Positions 22,216 through 32,994 are shown, counted from the stretch's first letter. The stretch is DNA of 64,000 bases from Terriglobia bacterium (GCA_965206645.1 CBDBKE010000002.1:736001-800000), one strand, 5' to 3'. Notes: generated by a model from the sequence alone, not told the origin. Translations and numbers: made by a program.

Positions 22216-23873
22216 CCGGAATTTCCATTTCGAGCTTCCTCTTCACCCGAAAAGCTATGCCTCGTACCCTGTCGTGTCAACCGCAAACAGCTCTGGCCTC
22301 TTTGAGGTGGTAGTGCGGCACATTTTGGCTGTTCTTCGGAGTCGCTGTGCGGGGTTCGCCTGCCCAGCCTGCCGCGCCGCTGACACTTATCCGGCCCGAC
22401 CACTTCTGAGCACCTAAAATTACCCTCTCTCCCGGTTCGCTAGCCGTCTGGCAGCGGCAGTGCCGAGATCGTTCGCAGCATGCTGCTGAACAGCCTCCGG
22501 CTCAAGTGCCCTTCGGCCAGCAAAAGCCAGTAATATCGCGCATGTTTCACCAGCCGTCCTCCCGTTTTCACCAACCGCTGTTGCAAGCTCGTCAGGGACC
22601 AGTTCCCGATTCTCTGTGGCAGCACCAGTCGCCGCCACAGGTTGCCGAGATTATAGGCAATGATGGTGAGCCACAGCCGGACCTCGTTCGACCGGAACCG
22701 GTGACAACTGAGCCGCGTCATCTTCACTGCTTGCTCTCCTTCTTTGATCCACTGCTCCGCTGTCCCCCGCTTGTTGTAAAACCGCATCACCGCCCGACTT
22801 GGCAGAGTCAAGTTCGTAACGATAAACCCTACTCGCGGGAACAGCTCCCCTGGATGATGCTCCACCTTGGCCACCACCCTGCGGGCTGTCTTCCAACTGG
22901 CCGCTTGGTATAGAAAGCCCTTGAACTCCACCAACGGCTTCTTGCTGGGTCTCCCCACCGGCCGAGTCAGCAACTCCTCAATGTCCCGCTGTAGGCTGTC
23001 GTTAGCCGGGATGCGGATGGCGTACTTTACCTCCCGCTCCTCCAGAGCCTCGTAAATCTCCGGCTTGGCAAAGGCCGCGTCGGCACGAAACACCACTTCC
23101 TTGCCCAGCTGCTGCTGCCGCTCGATCTCCGGCAGGAGAAGTTCTTTCCAGTCCTCGGCGCTGTGCACGTTGCCCGGTCGCAGCTTGGCCGCCAGACAGT
23201 CACCCTCGCGATTGAACAGCAACAACGGGTGATAGCAGCTCGACTCGAAATGCCCGTTGTAGGCACTCTGCTCCTGCTGGCCGTAGACCGGAATCTCGGT
23301 CGAGTCCATGTCCAGCACCACCCGTTGCGGGGAATCCATAGCTTCCGCCCTGGCGATTAAATCCCGGTTGATCGCTGCCAAACCAGCCAGGTTCTCATCT
23401 TGCGTCAGTAGTTCTGTCTCGAACGATTGCAGCCGGGAAGTCAACGCGGCTCCTCGCTCCCAGATCTTTTCTGAACCGATCAGCCGGAACGTCGGATCTT
23501 GAGAGAGCCGTTCCGCGTCATTCATATCTTCGTAACCCGCCAAGCGGCTGTACACGGACTGGCGCAGGAGGTCAGCAAAGGGCAACCGTGTGTTCTTTCT
23601 CCGAGGATCGGCCAAGTGCTGTTTGATGAGTTCTCCGAATCCCAAATGTTCGTCTGATTCGCGCACGAGGATCAGGCCGCCGTCGGAAGTAACCCGCGAC
23701 CCCTGGAAATCGACCTTCAATGCAGCATTGAAAGAGAACTGAAAGGGCTGATTTTGCCTCTCACCCACTCGGTTTCTACCTCCGGAAGCTGTATTGACGC
23801 TGGAACCGGCATAAATATTGGCGTCGGAGGTCAGTATAAGGTTAGCTTTGGAGTTTTAAAACGGAAATCCGGG
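22216..23873 (-). mobile_element. IS1380-family insertion sequence
   Basis: Imperfect IRs CCGGAATTTCCATTT and CCCGGATTTCCGTTT (12/15) around the transposase; flanks TTAA and TTGA. Confidence 0.85.
22440..23768 (-). CDS. IS1380-family DDE transposase
   Basis: VTSDGGL, LAGYED.ND, VLDMDST, LRPGNVHS, FRADAAF and YNKRGTAEQWIKE. Confidence 0.92.
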   Translation of the reverse strand: MGERQNQPFQFSFNAALKVDFQGSRVTSDGGLILVRESDEHLGFGELIKQHLADPRRKNTRLPFADLLRQSVYSRLAGYEDMNDAERLSQDPTFRLIGSEKIWERGAALTSRLQSFETELLTQDENLAGLAAINRDLIARAEAMDSPQRVVLDMDSTEIPVYGQQEQSAYNGHFESSCYHPLLLFNREGDCLAAKLRPGNVHSAEDWKELLLPEIERQQQLGKEVVFRADAAFAKPEIYEALEEREVKYAIRIPANDSLQRDIEELLTRPVGRPSKKPLVEFKGFLYQAASWKTARRVVAKVEHHPGELFPRVGFIVTNLTLPSRAVMRFYNKRGTAEQWIKEGEQAVKMTRLSCHRFRSNEVRLWLTIIAYNLGNLWRRLVLPQRIGNWSLTSLQQRLVKTGGRLVKHARYYWLLLAEGHLSRRLFSSMLRTISALPLPDG

Positions 23874-25404
23874 TTGAGGGCGGCGTGGTCAATGGCGCCA
23901 GCTTTCGTCCTAGCAACGCACCGGGAGGCGCGGTCGCCCAGGGATCGCTCGTCTCAATCTTTGGCTCCAACCTGGCAACTGCGACTGGGGGTGCGGTGAC
24001 CGTGCCGCTGCCAACCGTTATCTTTGGCACCCGGGTGACCATCGGTGGGCAGGCAGCATCGCTGTTTTTCGTCTCCGCGGGACAGATCAACGCCCAGGTG
24101 CCCTGGGGCGCGCCGACGGGCACGGTCCAGCTTACCGTGCAAACGCCAGGAGGAACCAGCGCCCCGGTGAACGTATCCGTCGTAGCGGCGTCTCCTGGCT
24201 TGTTTTCCCAGGCCTCCAACGGGCGTGGCCCGGGGGCAGTGCTGAATTTTGTCGCCCCGGGGAACACTCCCACAAACACACCGGCTTCCACAATTACTCC
24301 CAACGGGATTGTCCAAATCTATGCCACAGGTCTTGGGCCGGTCACAGGACCTCCGGCCGACGGAGGCGCCGGTGCCGGGCAACCGACGACCACCATGCCA
24401 GTGGTAACCATCGGCGGACGGCAGGCGGTGGTGGACTTCGCTGGGCTGGCCCCCGGCTTCGTGGGCCTGTACCAGATCAACGCCCGGGTACCTCCCGGCA
24501 CGCCCGAGGGTTGCTACCTGCCAGTGCAGGTGGCGTTCGAAAATCAGAGCAGCAATACGGTGACCATCGGGGTCACCAATACCGGGGGCGATTGCAATCT
24601 GGCTAGCAGCGGCTCGCCCGGCTTCTTCTTCAACGGATCGTTCGGCGTGGCAAGTGTCAACCGGTTTACGACGCAGCTCCCTGTGCCCGTGCCTGGGTTC
24701 CAGCCCCCGGACAGCTTCAGCGCCAGCTTCCGCCGATTCGAGGCTGTCATCCCTACGGCTGATGCCGGATTCCCGCCGGTTGGGGGTGGCTGTAATGTGG
24801 CCGTATACCGGTTCGACTCCAACAACCCGCCCGACATCCTGAATTTCATTAGCCAGGACCAGCCGCTGGATGCCGGAACCTTAACCCTGAGCGGTCCCTT
24901 TGCCGGTTCCCCTCAAGTAGTCGGCCCGAGCCAGCCGGGCGAGTACAGCGTGGAACTGGGCAACGACGCTCTGGCACCCGGCACGTGGACTTTGGCAGGC
25001 TCAGGCGGGGCTGACATTGGCGCCTTCAATACGATGGTCGAGGTTGTCGGGCCGCTGTTCAGTGTGACCGACTTTGGCGTCCAAGGCACTTCGCCCAACC
25101 GCTGACGATCAGTTGGAGTTGCCCCGACCCCAATGGGACCGTCGGTGTGTTCCTGGCTTCGGCGGATGCAGTTGAATCCCTTTTCGGCGTCGTCATGTGC
25201 TCAGCTTCGTGCAGCGACGGCCAGGTCACGATCAGCAGTGCCCTGCTGGGCCAGCTCCCGCTAAGCAGCCAAGGCGCCGCGTTTCTGACTGCCAATTTCT
25301 TCTCCGACCTGCAAAGCGGCCGGATCGAGGCTTCCGGCCTGGACTTCGGTCTGTTTGGCTACAGCGTCGGGGAGGGTCTTATCGGAGTCAGCCTGACACA
25401 GTAG
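23874..25404 (+). pseudogene. IPT/TIG-domain (TIGR03437-like) surface protein, 5'-truncated by IS1380 and frameshifted near 25095
   Basis: GVVNGASF, QINAQVP, YATGLG and FAGLAPGFVGLYQIN; C-terminal part (QPLTISWSC...SGLDFG) continues in another frame to 25404. Confidence 0.75.
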
Positions 25405-25472
25405 CGTTCTCCACCTGATTTTCTCCTGCCCCCGAGCCGCGTACCTTGCAGCTTCAGCGGTATACTCTAGGT

Positions 25473-26510
25473 GTGCCGGAAACACCGAGACTCACTGCGG
25501 CGGTGAAGGCGTCCGGTTGAGCCTCTAAGCTCAGTCCAAAGGTTTTGGACGCCGTCCTGAGCAAGCTGCCGCGGAATAGCAACGCGAAGGTGCTGGTCGG
25601 CTTCGACAACGCCGACGATGCAGGTGTGTATCAGGTCGCGCCAGACCTAGCCCTGGTCCAGACGGTGGACTTCTTCACCCCCGTCGTGGACGATCCCTAC
25701 GTCTACGGGCAGATCGCCGCAGCGAATTCGCTGAGCGACATCTATGCGATGGGCGGCCGCCCGGTGTCAGCGCTTTCGGTGGTGGCGTTTCCCCAGAAAG
25801 GCAACACGGAAATCCTGGGGAAGATCTTGCTGGGTGGCCACGGGAAGATGGAAGAAGCCGGCTGCGCGGTATTGGGCGGGCATTCGATCAGCGACGACGA
25901 GATCAAGTTCGGGTATGCAGTCACGGGGCTGATTTCCCCCGGTCGTATTCTGGCCAATTCCGGGGTGCGCACCGGCGACGCACTGGTGCTGACCAAGCGC
26001 CTAGGCACAGGCGTCATCTCCACAGCGCTGAAGCGGGAAGCAGCGGACCCGGCCAGCGTGGCCGCTGCGGTAGAGTCCATGCTGACGCTGAATCGCACCG
26101 CCTGCGAGATCATGCTGCGCTTCCGAGTTCATTCGGCCACCGACATCACCGGCTTTGGCCTGCTGGGCCACGCACGGGAGCTGGCGTTGGCCAGCCGCGT
26201 GGGTCTGGAGATTGACCATACCCGCCTGCAATTCCTACCGGGAGCGTTGGAAGCGGCGCGCGCCGGGCACCAGCCGGGCGGGCTGAAGAACAATCGCGAG
26301 TTTGTTTCCTGCCCGGTGGAATTTCGCGGCGCGGTGGCCGCGGAAATCGAAGCCCTGCTGTACGACCCGCAAACCTCGGGAGGTCTGCTGATCTCGGTGG
26401 ACGCCGCCGATGCCCAAGCCCTGGAGCAGGCGCTGAAGGAGGCGGCGATCCCCGCCGCCATCATCGGCCGCGTCCGAACCGACGCCCACCCGTCTATCCT
26501 CGTCCTCTAG
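25473..26510 (+). CDS. selD: Selenide, water dikinase, selenocysteine form (UGA 25518-25520)
   Basis: GTG 25473 gives MPETPRLTAAVKASG-U-ASKLSP, in frame with DDAGVY, QTVDFFTP, ATDITGFGLLGH and DPQTSGGLL. Confidence 0.95.
25534..25550 (+). promoter_or_regulatory. SECIS-like hairpin of selD
   Basis: GTCCAAA-GGT-TTTGGAC, 7-bp stem; loop begins with G, 20 nt after the UGA. Confidence 0.7.
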
Positions 26511-26550
26511 CCTCGTTCTCTAGGCTCGTCCTCTAGCAGCAGTCCCCTAG
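26499..26550 (+). repeat. 13-14 nt tandem repeat of the selD stop region
   Basis: CTCGTCCTCTAG-like units with TAG at 26508, 26521, 26534 and 26548. Confidence 0.8.
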
Positions 26551-26602
26551 ATCGCAGCAGCGGGCGTTCAGTTTGGCACGGTAGGCAACTGTTTCCAGAA
26601 TC

Positions 26603-27385
26603 TCAGTCGGTCCAGGTTGGCTGGGCCGTCAGAATGCCTCCATCCACAGCGTAAGTGACACCCGTGACGGAAGAGGCTTTGGAACTGGCCAGGAACAGCA
26701 TCACTTCCACCACCTCTTCCGGCTTTGTCAGCCTCTGCATTGGGATGCGCCTGCTCCACTTCTTGATGGTTCCCTCCGCATCGCCGGTCGCCTCTGCAAA
26801 GCCCCGCAAGAGGGGAGTATCGATGTACCCAGGAGCCACGGCGTTGACTCGGATACCCCGCCCCGCGAAATCCAGTGCCGTGCACCTGGTCAAAGAAACG
26901 ATCCCGCCTTTCGCGGCCGCATAAGCCGAGGACCCGGGAACATTGAAATAGCTTTGCATGGAAGCCACGTTGACAATCGCCCCTCCGCCGTTCCGGAGCA
27001 TCACCGGAATACAATGCTTGCAGCAGAGGTAGGTGCCGGTGAGATTCGTGGCAACGACACGATCCCATTCTTCCTCAGGGAGATCCACCACACTGGCGAC
27101 CGTGCCCTGAATACCGGCTACGTTGGCCAGCACATCAATCCGCTGGAACTGAGCGACTGCCTGCTGAGCCATCCGTTTTACGTCGGCTGAGACCTTGACG
27201 TCGGTCTTCACGAAGAACGCCCGCCCTCCGCCGCTCTCGATCGCCTGGGCGGTTTTGCGACCCCCAACTTCTTCAATGTCAGCAACGACAACGGCTGCGC
27301 CTTCCCGGGCAAAGCCGAGACAGGTCGCCTCGCCGATACCTCTGCCACCTCCGGTGACAATGGCTACTTTGCCTTTAAACTCCAT
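26603..27385 (-). CDS. Short-chain dehydrogenase/reductase
   Basis: TGGGRGIG, NVAG, YAAAK and IRVNAVAPG. Confidence 0.93.
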   Translation of the reverse strand: MEFKGKVAIVTGGGRGIGEATCLGFAREGAAVVVADIEEVGGRKTAQAIESGGGRAFFVKTDVKVSADVKRMAQQAVAQFQRIDVLANVAGIQGTVASVVDLPEEEWDRVVATNLTGTYLCCKHCIPVMLRNGGGAIVNVASMQSYFNVPGSSAYAAAKGGIVSLTRCTALDFAGRGIRVNAVAPGYIDTPLLRGFAEATGDAEGTIKKWSRRIPMQRLTKPEEVVEVMLFLASSKASSVTGVTYAVDGGILTAQPTWTD

Positions 27386-27649
27386 AGATTAGAGACTCCT
27401 TCGCGGGACTGGATCGGCTAGAGTAACACACTCCTGATTCGCCCGCGTGGACTGCTCTCTTCGATGAAGCCGTCTGCGAGAAACGGCGATCCCGGCCGCC
27501 AGCATCGGTCGCGTCCGCGCTTTCCGGCCGCGTCCGCGCTTTCGACTTTGCGCCTTAAGCCCATGCCACCAAATGTTTGCCGGTGGCAGATAGCTGGGAG
27601 TCTGGTTTGTGGTATTCTAGGAAATTAGCTTTGCGATAGAGAGTGGACG

Positions 27650-28441
27650 GTGCGGGTAGGCACAATCGAATGGCCGGCGCCCCAGAGCGCCGAAGAAGCA
27701 GAGTTGTTGGCCCAGGTGGATCCCCGCCGGTTGCCCTGCCACGTGGCGATCATCATGGATGGCAATGGCCGCTGGGCGCGGCAGCGGCGGCGGCCCCGCG
27801 TGGCCGGCCATCGGGCCGGGGCGCGGGCGGTGCGCGAGATAGTGGAATATTCGGCCCGCCTGGGGCTGCACGCGCTGACTCTCTACGCTTTTTCGATCGA
27901 AAACTGGAAGCGGCCCAGGCAGGAGCGGGATATGTTGTGGAAGCTGCTTCGGGAATACCTGCGGCGCGAACTTCCTACACTCGAGCGCAACAATATCCGT
28001 TTCCAGGTCATCGGGCGCCTGCACCAATTGCCCCGACCCGTCCAGCACGACATCCAGGAGGCGGTGGCCGAGACCGCCAAGAACACGGGCACGTTGCTGA
28101 GTGTGGCTCTCAACTACGGGGCCCGGGCGGAACTGGTGGACGCTTTCAATGCTATCCTGGAGGGGGTGCGGCACAACGGGATCAACGGACTTCGGGTGGA
28201 TGAAGAAACCATTGCTGCACACTTGTACACGCATCCTCTGCCGGACCCCGACCTGCTGGTCCGCACCAGCGGCGAACTCCGGGTCAGCAATTTCCTGTTG
28301 TGGCAGATCGCCTATGCGGAAATCTGGGTCACCGAGACGCTGTGGCCCGATTTCACGCGCAAGCACCTGCTGCAGGCGATCATTGACTACCAGAGGCGCG
28401 AGCGCCGCTACGGCGGGCTCTCCTCCCCCACTGGCGGCTAG
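27650..28441 (+). CDS. uppS: Undecaprenyl diphosphate synthase
   Basis: HVAIIMDGNGRWA, YAFSIENWKRP and RTSGELRVSNFLLWQ. Confidence 0.96.
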   Translation: MRVGTIEWPAPQSAEEAELLAQVDPRRLPCHVAIIMDGNGRWARQRRRPRVAGHRAGARAVREIVEYSARLGLHALTLYAFSIENWKRPRQERDMLWKLLREYLRRELPTLERNNIRFQVIGRLHQLPRPVQHDIQEAVAETAKNTGTLLSVALNYGARAELVDAFNAILEGVRHNGINGLRVDEETIAAHLYTHPLPDPDLLVRTSGELRVSNFLLWQIAYAEIWVTETLWPDFTRKHLLQAIIDYQRRERRYGGLSSPTGG

Positions 28442-28645
28442 TGCTGTGATCGGCTGAAGAAGTGCCTCCCCAGGGTAGCGGTGGCGCTGCGCTCGGGACC
28501 GGTGGCGCTGCCGGGGAGTAGAACGAAAATTAGCCGATCACGAACCTGGCGAACAGCACGCCAGAGAAACGGCAACTCGGGTATCCTAGTTGCAACACCG
28601 CTGTCGCAACACCTTGGATGCAGTTCGCTTTCTTTGCGACCGTCT

Positions 28646-29488
28646 GTGGACAGAACGCCAAAACCTGGAAATGCTTCTGGTAACACCTGGGCGCGGGTGT
28701 GCACGGCCGCAATCCTGATCCCCATCATTCTGGCATTGGTGTTAGCAGCGCCGCGGGCGCTGTTCGAGATGGTGGTGGTCCTGGTCGCTCTGGTCACGTT
28801 GCGTGAATACCTGGACTTGGCGGAAAAAGCAGGACAGGCGCCGTTGCGGGCTTTCTCACTTGTCGCCGTAGTGGCTCTGGTACTCTGGCCGCCGGGGGTA
28901 GGGACCGTCGTTCCCCTGCTGGTGATGCTCGCGCTGGCGCTGGTTCTGCGGCCGCCGCGATCTTTGGATAAGGTTCTGCCGGGCGCTGCTGCCACCGTCC
29001 TCGGCATCCTCTACATCGGACTGCCCATGGCACTGCTAGCCGATTTGCGCAGGCTGCCGGATGGTCCCAAGTGGGTGCTCTACGTGCTGTTGCTGACCTG
29101 GATCAGCGACACGGCTGCCTATTTCGGTGGGCGCCTGGTGGGGCGGCACCGGATGTCGCCGCGAATCAGCCCAGGCAAGACCTGGGAGGGCGCCCTGGCC
29201 TCGCTGGCCGTGGGCGTCGCTTTTGGCATCCTGTACCCGGCCTATCTGCTAGCCGGGGTATCGCTCATGTGGAGCGCGACCACGGCAGTGGCGGTCAACC
29301 TGACCGGCCAGGTGGGCGACCTGGCCGAGTCGGCGCTGAAGCGCAGCGCCGGAGTCAAGGATTCCTCCACCATCCTGCCCGGACATGGCGGATTGCTGGA
29401 TCGCGTGGACGCGCTGCTCTTTGCGGTGCCCACCTTGTGGTACATTCTTTCCTTGCGTAGCCCCCGTTTGCTTGCTGCCTTGCAATGA
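28646..29488 (+). CDS. cdsA: Phosphatidate cytidylyltransferase
   Basis: SDTAAYFGG, ISPGKTWEG and GDLAESALKRSAGVKDS..LPGHGGLLDRVD; start uncertain (ORF open from 28481). Confidence 0.92.
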   Translation: MDRTPKPGNASGNTWARVCTAAILIPIILALVLAAPRALFEMVVVLVALVTLREYLDLAEKAGQAPLRAFSLVAVVALVLWPPGVGTVVPLLVMLALALVLRPPRSLDKVLPGAAATVLGILYIGLPMALLADLRRLPDGPKWVLYVLLLTWISDTAAYFGGRLVGRHRMSPRISPGKTWEGALASLAVGVAFGILYPAYLLAGVSLMWSATTAVAVNLTGQVGDLAESALKRSAGVKDSSTILPGHGGLLDRVDALLFAVPTLWYILSLRSPRLLAALQ

Positions 29489-30663
29489 GACCGAGGAATC
29501 TGGCTATTCTGGGAAGCACCGGCTCCATCGGCCGGAACACTCTTGAGGTGGTCAACTGCTTCCCCGACCGGTTTCGCGTCCAGGGGCTGACCGCCGGCGG
29601 CAACTTGGAAGTGCTGGCAGAACAAATCGCCCGGTTCCGCCCCAGGCTGGTGTCCATTAAAGAAGAGGCGAATCGGGACGCCCTCGGCCGACGTCTTACA
29701 GACGAGGGGGTGCCGGTGCCGGAGCTGCTGAGCGGACCTCCGGGCATGGTTGCGGTGGCTTCGGACCCTGAAGTGGACCTTGTGGTTTCGGCCACCGTGG
29801 GAGTGGCGGGCCTGCCGGCGACTTACGAGGCCGCCCGTCTTGGCAAGCGCGTGGCGCTGGCCAACAAGGAGGTGCTGGTGGCTGCCGGGGAACTGATGAC
29901 CGGTGCCGCCGCGCGTTCCGGCATGGAGATTCTGCCGGTGGACAGCGAGCACAACGGCCTGCACCAGTGCTTGCGAGGAGGGCGGCGCGAAGAGGTGCGC
30001 CGGTTGATTCTGACTGCCTCCGGCGGACCGTTCCGCAGCACCCCGGACACCGAATTAGGGGGGGTTGCGGCTGAAGAGGCGTTGCGCCACCCCACCTGGC
30101 ACATGGGAGAACGCGTCACCATAGATTCGGCCACACTAATGAACAAAGGCTTTGAGGTGATCGAAGCGCACTGGCTGTTCGGCTTCCGGCCGGAGCAGGT
30201 GGATGTGTTGATCCATCCCCAATCGATTGTGCACTCCCTGGTGGAGTTCGTAGACGGCTCGATCCTGGCCCAGCTTTCCGCGACCGATATGCGGATTCCT
30301 ATTCAATACGCCCTGACCTACCCGGAGAGAGTGGCTGCCAATCATCCCTACCTGGGGCTCGAGGCTTTGGGGAAACTGGAATTCCAGTTGCCGGACCGCC
30401 AACGGTTTCGCTGCCTGGATCTGGCCTACCAAGCCCTGGCGGCCGGCGGAACCGCTACCTGCGTGCTCAACGCCGCTGACGAGGTGGCGGTGGAGGCCTT
30501 CCTGGGCGGTCAGATTCCTTTTCTGACCATCCCTGAGGTGATCGAACAAACCCTGGAACAGGTGGCTCCTCGTCCGGCCACCACGCTGGAGCAGATTCTC
30601 GACTGCGACCAGGAAGCGCGGCGGGTGGCGCGCCAAACTACCCAGCAACGGAGCAACGCGTAA
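29485..30663 (+). CDS. dxr: 1-deoxy-D-xylulose-5-phosphate reductoisomerase
   Basis: ILGSTGSIG, LANKE, PVDSEH, HPTWHMG and DSATLMNKG. Confidence 0.97.
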   Translation: MRPRNLAILGSTGSIGRNTLEVVNCFPDRFRVQGLTAGGNLEVLAEQIARFRPRLVSIKEEANRDALGRRLTDEGVPVPELLSGPPGMVAVASDPEVDLVVSATVGVAGLPATYEAARLGKRVALANKEVLVAAGELMTGAAARSGMEILPVDSEHNGLHQCLRGGRREEVRRLILTASGGPFRSTPDTELGGVAAEEALRHPTWHMGERVTIDSATLMNKGFEVIEAHWLFGFRPEQVDVLIHPQSIVHSLVEFVDGSILAQLSATDMRIPIQYALTYPERVAANHPYLGLEALGKLEFQLPDRQRFRCLDLAYQALAAGGTATCVLNAADEVAVEAFLGGQIPFLTIPEVIEQTLEQVAPRPATTLEQILDCDQEARRVARQTTQQRSNA

Positions 30664-32010
30664 ATGACCTACATCATCCTAACCAATGTAGTTGCCGTGG
30701 TGCTGGTCCTGGGCGTGATGATCCTGATCCACGAGTTGGGCCATTTCCTGGCTGCCAAGTGGTTTGGAGTACGAGTAGACGTGTTCTCCATCGGATTCGG
30801 CAAGCGCCTGTGGGGTTGGCGGCGCGGCGACACCGACTATCGGATCAGCCTGCTACCGCTTGGCGGATACGTCAAGATGGCCGGGGAAAACCCGGGCGAG
30901 GCACGCACCGGCGACCCCGGCGAGTTCATGGCCAAGCCCAGGTGGCAACGCTTCATCATCGCCCTGATGGGTCCGGCGATGAACATCGTATTGGCCATCG
31001 TGCTGCTGACCGGTCTGTACATGGTGAAGTACCAGAAGGCAGCCTACCAGGAGCGGCCGGCCGAAATCGGGCATGTGGAGGAAGGTTCTGCTGCCGACAA
31101 AGCGGGCCTTCGACCGGGGGACCTGATCGTTCGCCTCGGCAAGCTGGAGAACCCCACTTGGGAGGCAGTCGAACTCGAGGCGATTTCCAGTCCTGCCCAG
31201 CCGCTGGAGGTCGTCGCCCGTCGCGAAGGAGCAATATTCAAGACCACGATTACTCCGGAGGTCGAGCCGCGCCACCGCATCGGCATCGCCGGCTGGGGCC
31301 CCTACCTTCCGGCCATCATCAAGCGCGTCGAGCCGACCTACCCTGCCGAAAAAGCCGGACTGCTGCCCGAGGACCGGGTCGTGGCCGTCAACGGCGAGCC
31401 ACTGAAGTTTTGGCCACGTCTACCGGATTTGGTGCAGGAGAGCGAGGGGCAACCAATAGAACTGATGATCCAAAGGCAGGGGCACACCCTGCCGGTGCGG
31501 GTGGCGCCGGTGTTCACCCAGGTCCCGGGCGGCAAACAAATGTGGCGCATCGGTATCGAGCTGAGGAACGAGTTGATTGAGCGTCGTCTTTCCTTTCCCG
31601 CTGCGCTGAGCCAGTCCCTCACCACGAACAAGAAGTACGTTCTGTTGATCTTTAATTTATTAGGAAAGATGCTGGAGCGCAAAATGTCGCCGCGCACTTT
31701 GGAGGGGCCCATTGGCATCGCGCGGCTCTCCGGGGAAGCGGCACGCCGGGGGTTCCCGCAACTCATCAACCTGATGGCAGCCATCAGCCTCAACCTGGGG
31801 ATTCTGAACCTGTTCCCAATTCCGATCCTGGACGGGGGAATGATCCTGCTGCTGGCTATTGAAGGTTTGCTACGCCGCGACCTCAGCATGGCGGTGAAGG
31901 AGCGGCTGGTGCAGGTAGGATTCGTGTGCCTGGTGCTGATCGCGACCTTTGTGATCTACAGCGACATTGTGAAGTTACTTCCCCAAGGCTGGGAGGAGGT
32001 TCTACCGTAA
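30664..32010 (+). CDS. rseP: RIP metalloprotease with two PDZ domains
   Basis: HELGH, PLGGYVKM and NLFPIPILDGG; conserved dxr-rseP synteny. Confidence 0.95.
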   Translation: MTYIILTNVVAVVLVLGVMILIHELGHFLAAKWFGVRVDVFSIGFGKRLWGWRRGDTDYRISLLPLGGYVKMAGENPGEARTGDPGEFMAKPRWQRFIIALMGPAMNIVLAIVLLTGLYMVKYQKAAYQERPAEIGHVEEGSAADKAGLRPGDLIVRLGKLENPTWEAVELEAISSPAQPLEVVARREGAIFKTTITPEVEPRHRIGIAGWGPYLPAIIKRVEPTYPAEKAGLLPEDRVVAVNGEPLKFWPRLPDLVQESEGQPIELMIQRQGHTLPVRVAPVFTQVPGGKQMWRIGIELRNELIERRLSFPAALSQSLTTNKKYVLLIFNLLGKMLERKMSPRTLEGPIGIARLSGEAARRGFPQLINLMAAISLNLGILNLFPIPILDGGMILLLAIEGLLRRDLSMAVKERLVQVGFVCLVLIATFVIYSDIVKLLPQGWEEVLP

Positions 32011-32097
32011 TCATGCCGCAGGACCACCCAGGCGAAGACGGCTTGCAGCCGTGGTCACGTGGGAGGTGACTCAGGAGTTGTGCTAGCCTGATGGAGC

Positions 32098-32907
32098 ATG
32101 GAGCTAGAGGAACGGTTGCGACGCGCAAGCGGGAGCGCCAAGGAGCTGAGCACGGTCCTCTACGACTCGTCCGAAGAGGTGCTGCTCGTGCTGCTGGAAA
32201 ACCCGCGGTTAACCGAAGAGCACCTGCAAGTGCTGCTGTCGCGGAAGAACCTGCACCAAACGTTTCTAGGCGAGCTGGCAGCGCGCGCCTGGTTGTGGCG
32301 TTCGTATCCTGTGAAGCTGGCGCTGGTTCGACACCCGCACACCCCCCGGAGTACGTCACTGGCGCTGGTGCGGCACCTTTATCTGTTCGACCTGTTGAAG
32401 GTGGCCACCACGCCGGGGGCGCCCATGGAGGTGCGGCGGGGTGCGGAAGAAGCAGTCGCGGCTCGGGTTACCGCTCTGTCGGTTGGCGAGCGCTTGTCCC
32501 TGGCCCGCCAGGGGACCTCTCGCATCGTCTGCGCCCTGCTCGCCGATTCGGAAAGACGAGTCTTCCGTACGGCGCTGGAAAACTCGCGGCTGACCGAGGA
32601 AGGCGTGGTGAAGAGTCTGGCGAATGAGAGGTTGGCACCGGAGGTGGTCGAGTGCATCGCCGCGCACCCACGCTGGTCCCTTCGCTACGAGGTGCGCTTG
32701 GCGCTGATCCGGCATCCAGCCACCTCGCTGGGACGTGTACTGGCGCTGGTCGAGCAGGTCCGGGGGAACGACTTGGCCAACCTGACTGCAGACCGCCGCA
32801 TGCCCGCCAACCGCCGACACTATCTAACGCGCCTGGTACACTCCCGCAAAGCCCGGCGGGCCAAGCGCCAGCGAGAGCCGTCCGGCGTTGCGAGTCCAGG
32901 TGAGTAA
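32098..32907 (+). CDS. Conserved hypothetical helical-repeat (LRV/HEAT-like) protein
   Basis: Internal repeats LLENPRLTEE / LENSRLTEE and YPVKLALVRHP / YEVRLALIRHP. Confidence 0.7.
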   Translation: MELEERLRRASGSAKELSTVLYDSSEEVLLVLLENPRLTEEHLQVLLSRKNLHQTFLGELAARAWLWRSYPVKLALVRHPHTPRSTSLALVRHLYLFDLLKVATTPGAPMEVRRGAEEAVAARVTALSVGERLSLARQGTSRIVCALLADSERRVFRTALENSRLTEEGVVKSLANERLAPEVVECIAAHPRWSLRYEVRLALIRHPATSLGRVLALVEQVRGNDLANLTADRRMPANRRHYLTRLVHSRKARRAKRQREPSGVASPGE

Positions 32908-32912
32908 GGAGT

Positions 32913-32940
32913 TTGACGTTGTTGCGCGGTCGAGTATAAT
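32913..32940 (+). promoter_or_regulatory. Sigma-70 promoter
   Basis: TTGACG-N16-TATAAT upstream of ATG 32995. Confidence 0.7.
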
Positions 32941-32994
32941 CCGGCGGTGGACCACGCTGGGAATGTTGATCCAATCACCAGGAGTGGAGTGGCT

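Noticed and set aside
25103-25105. Selenocysteine at the IPT-gene TGA
   Set aside because: The plausible continuation is in a different frame and there is no redox-motif context
28442-28645. Long N-terminal extension of CdsA
   Set aside because: Sequence is not CdsA-like; more likely an intergenic spacer with a downstream start
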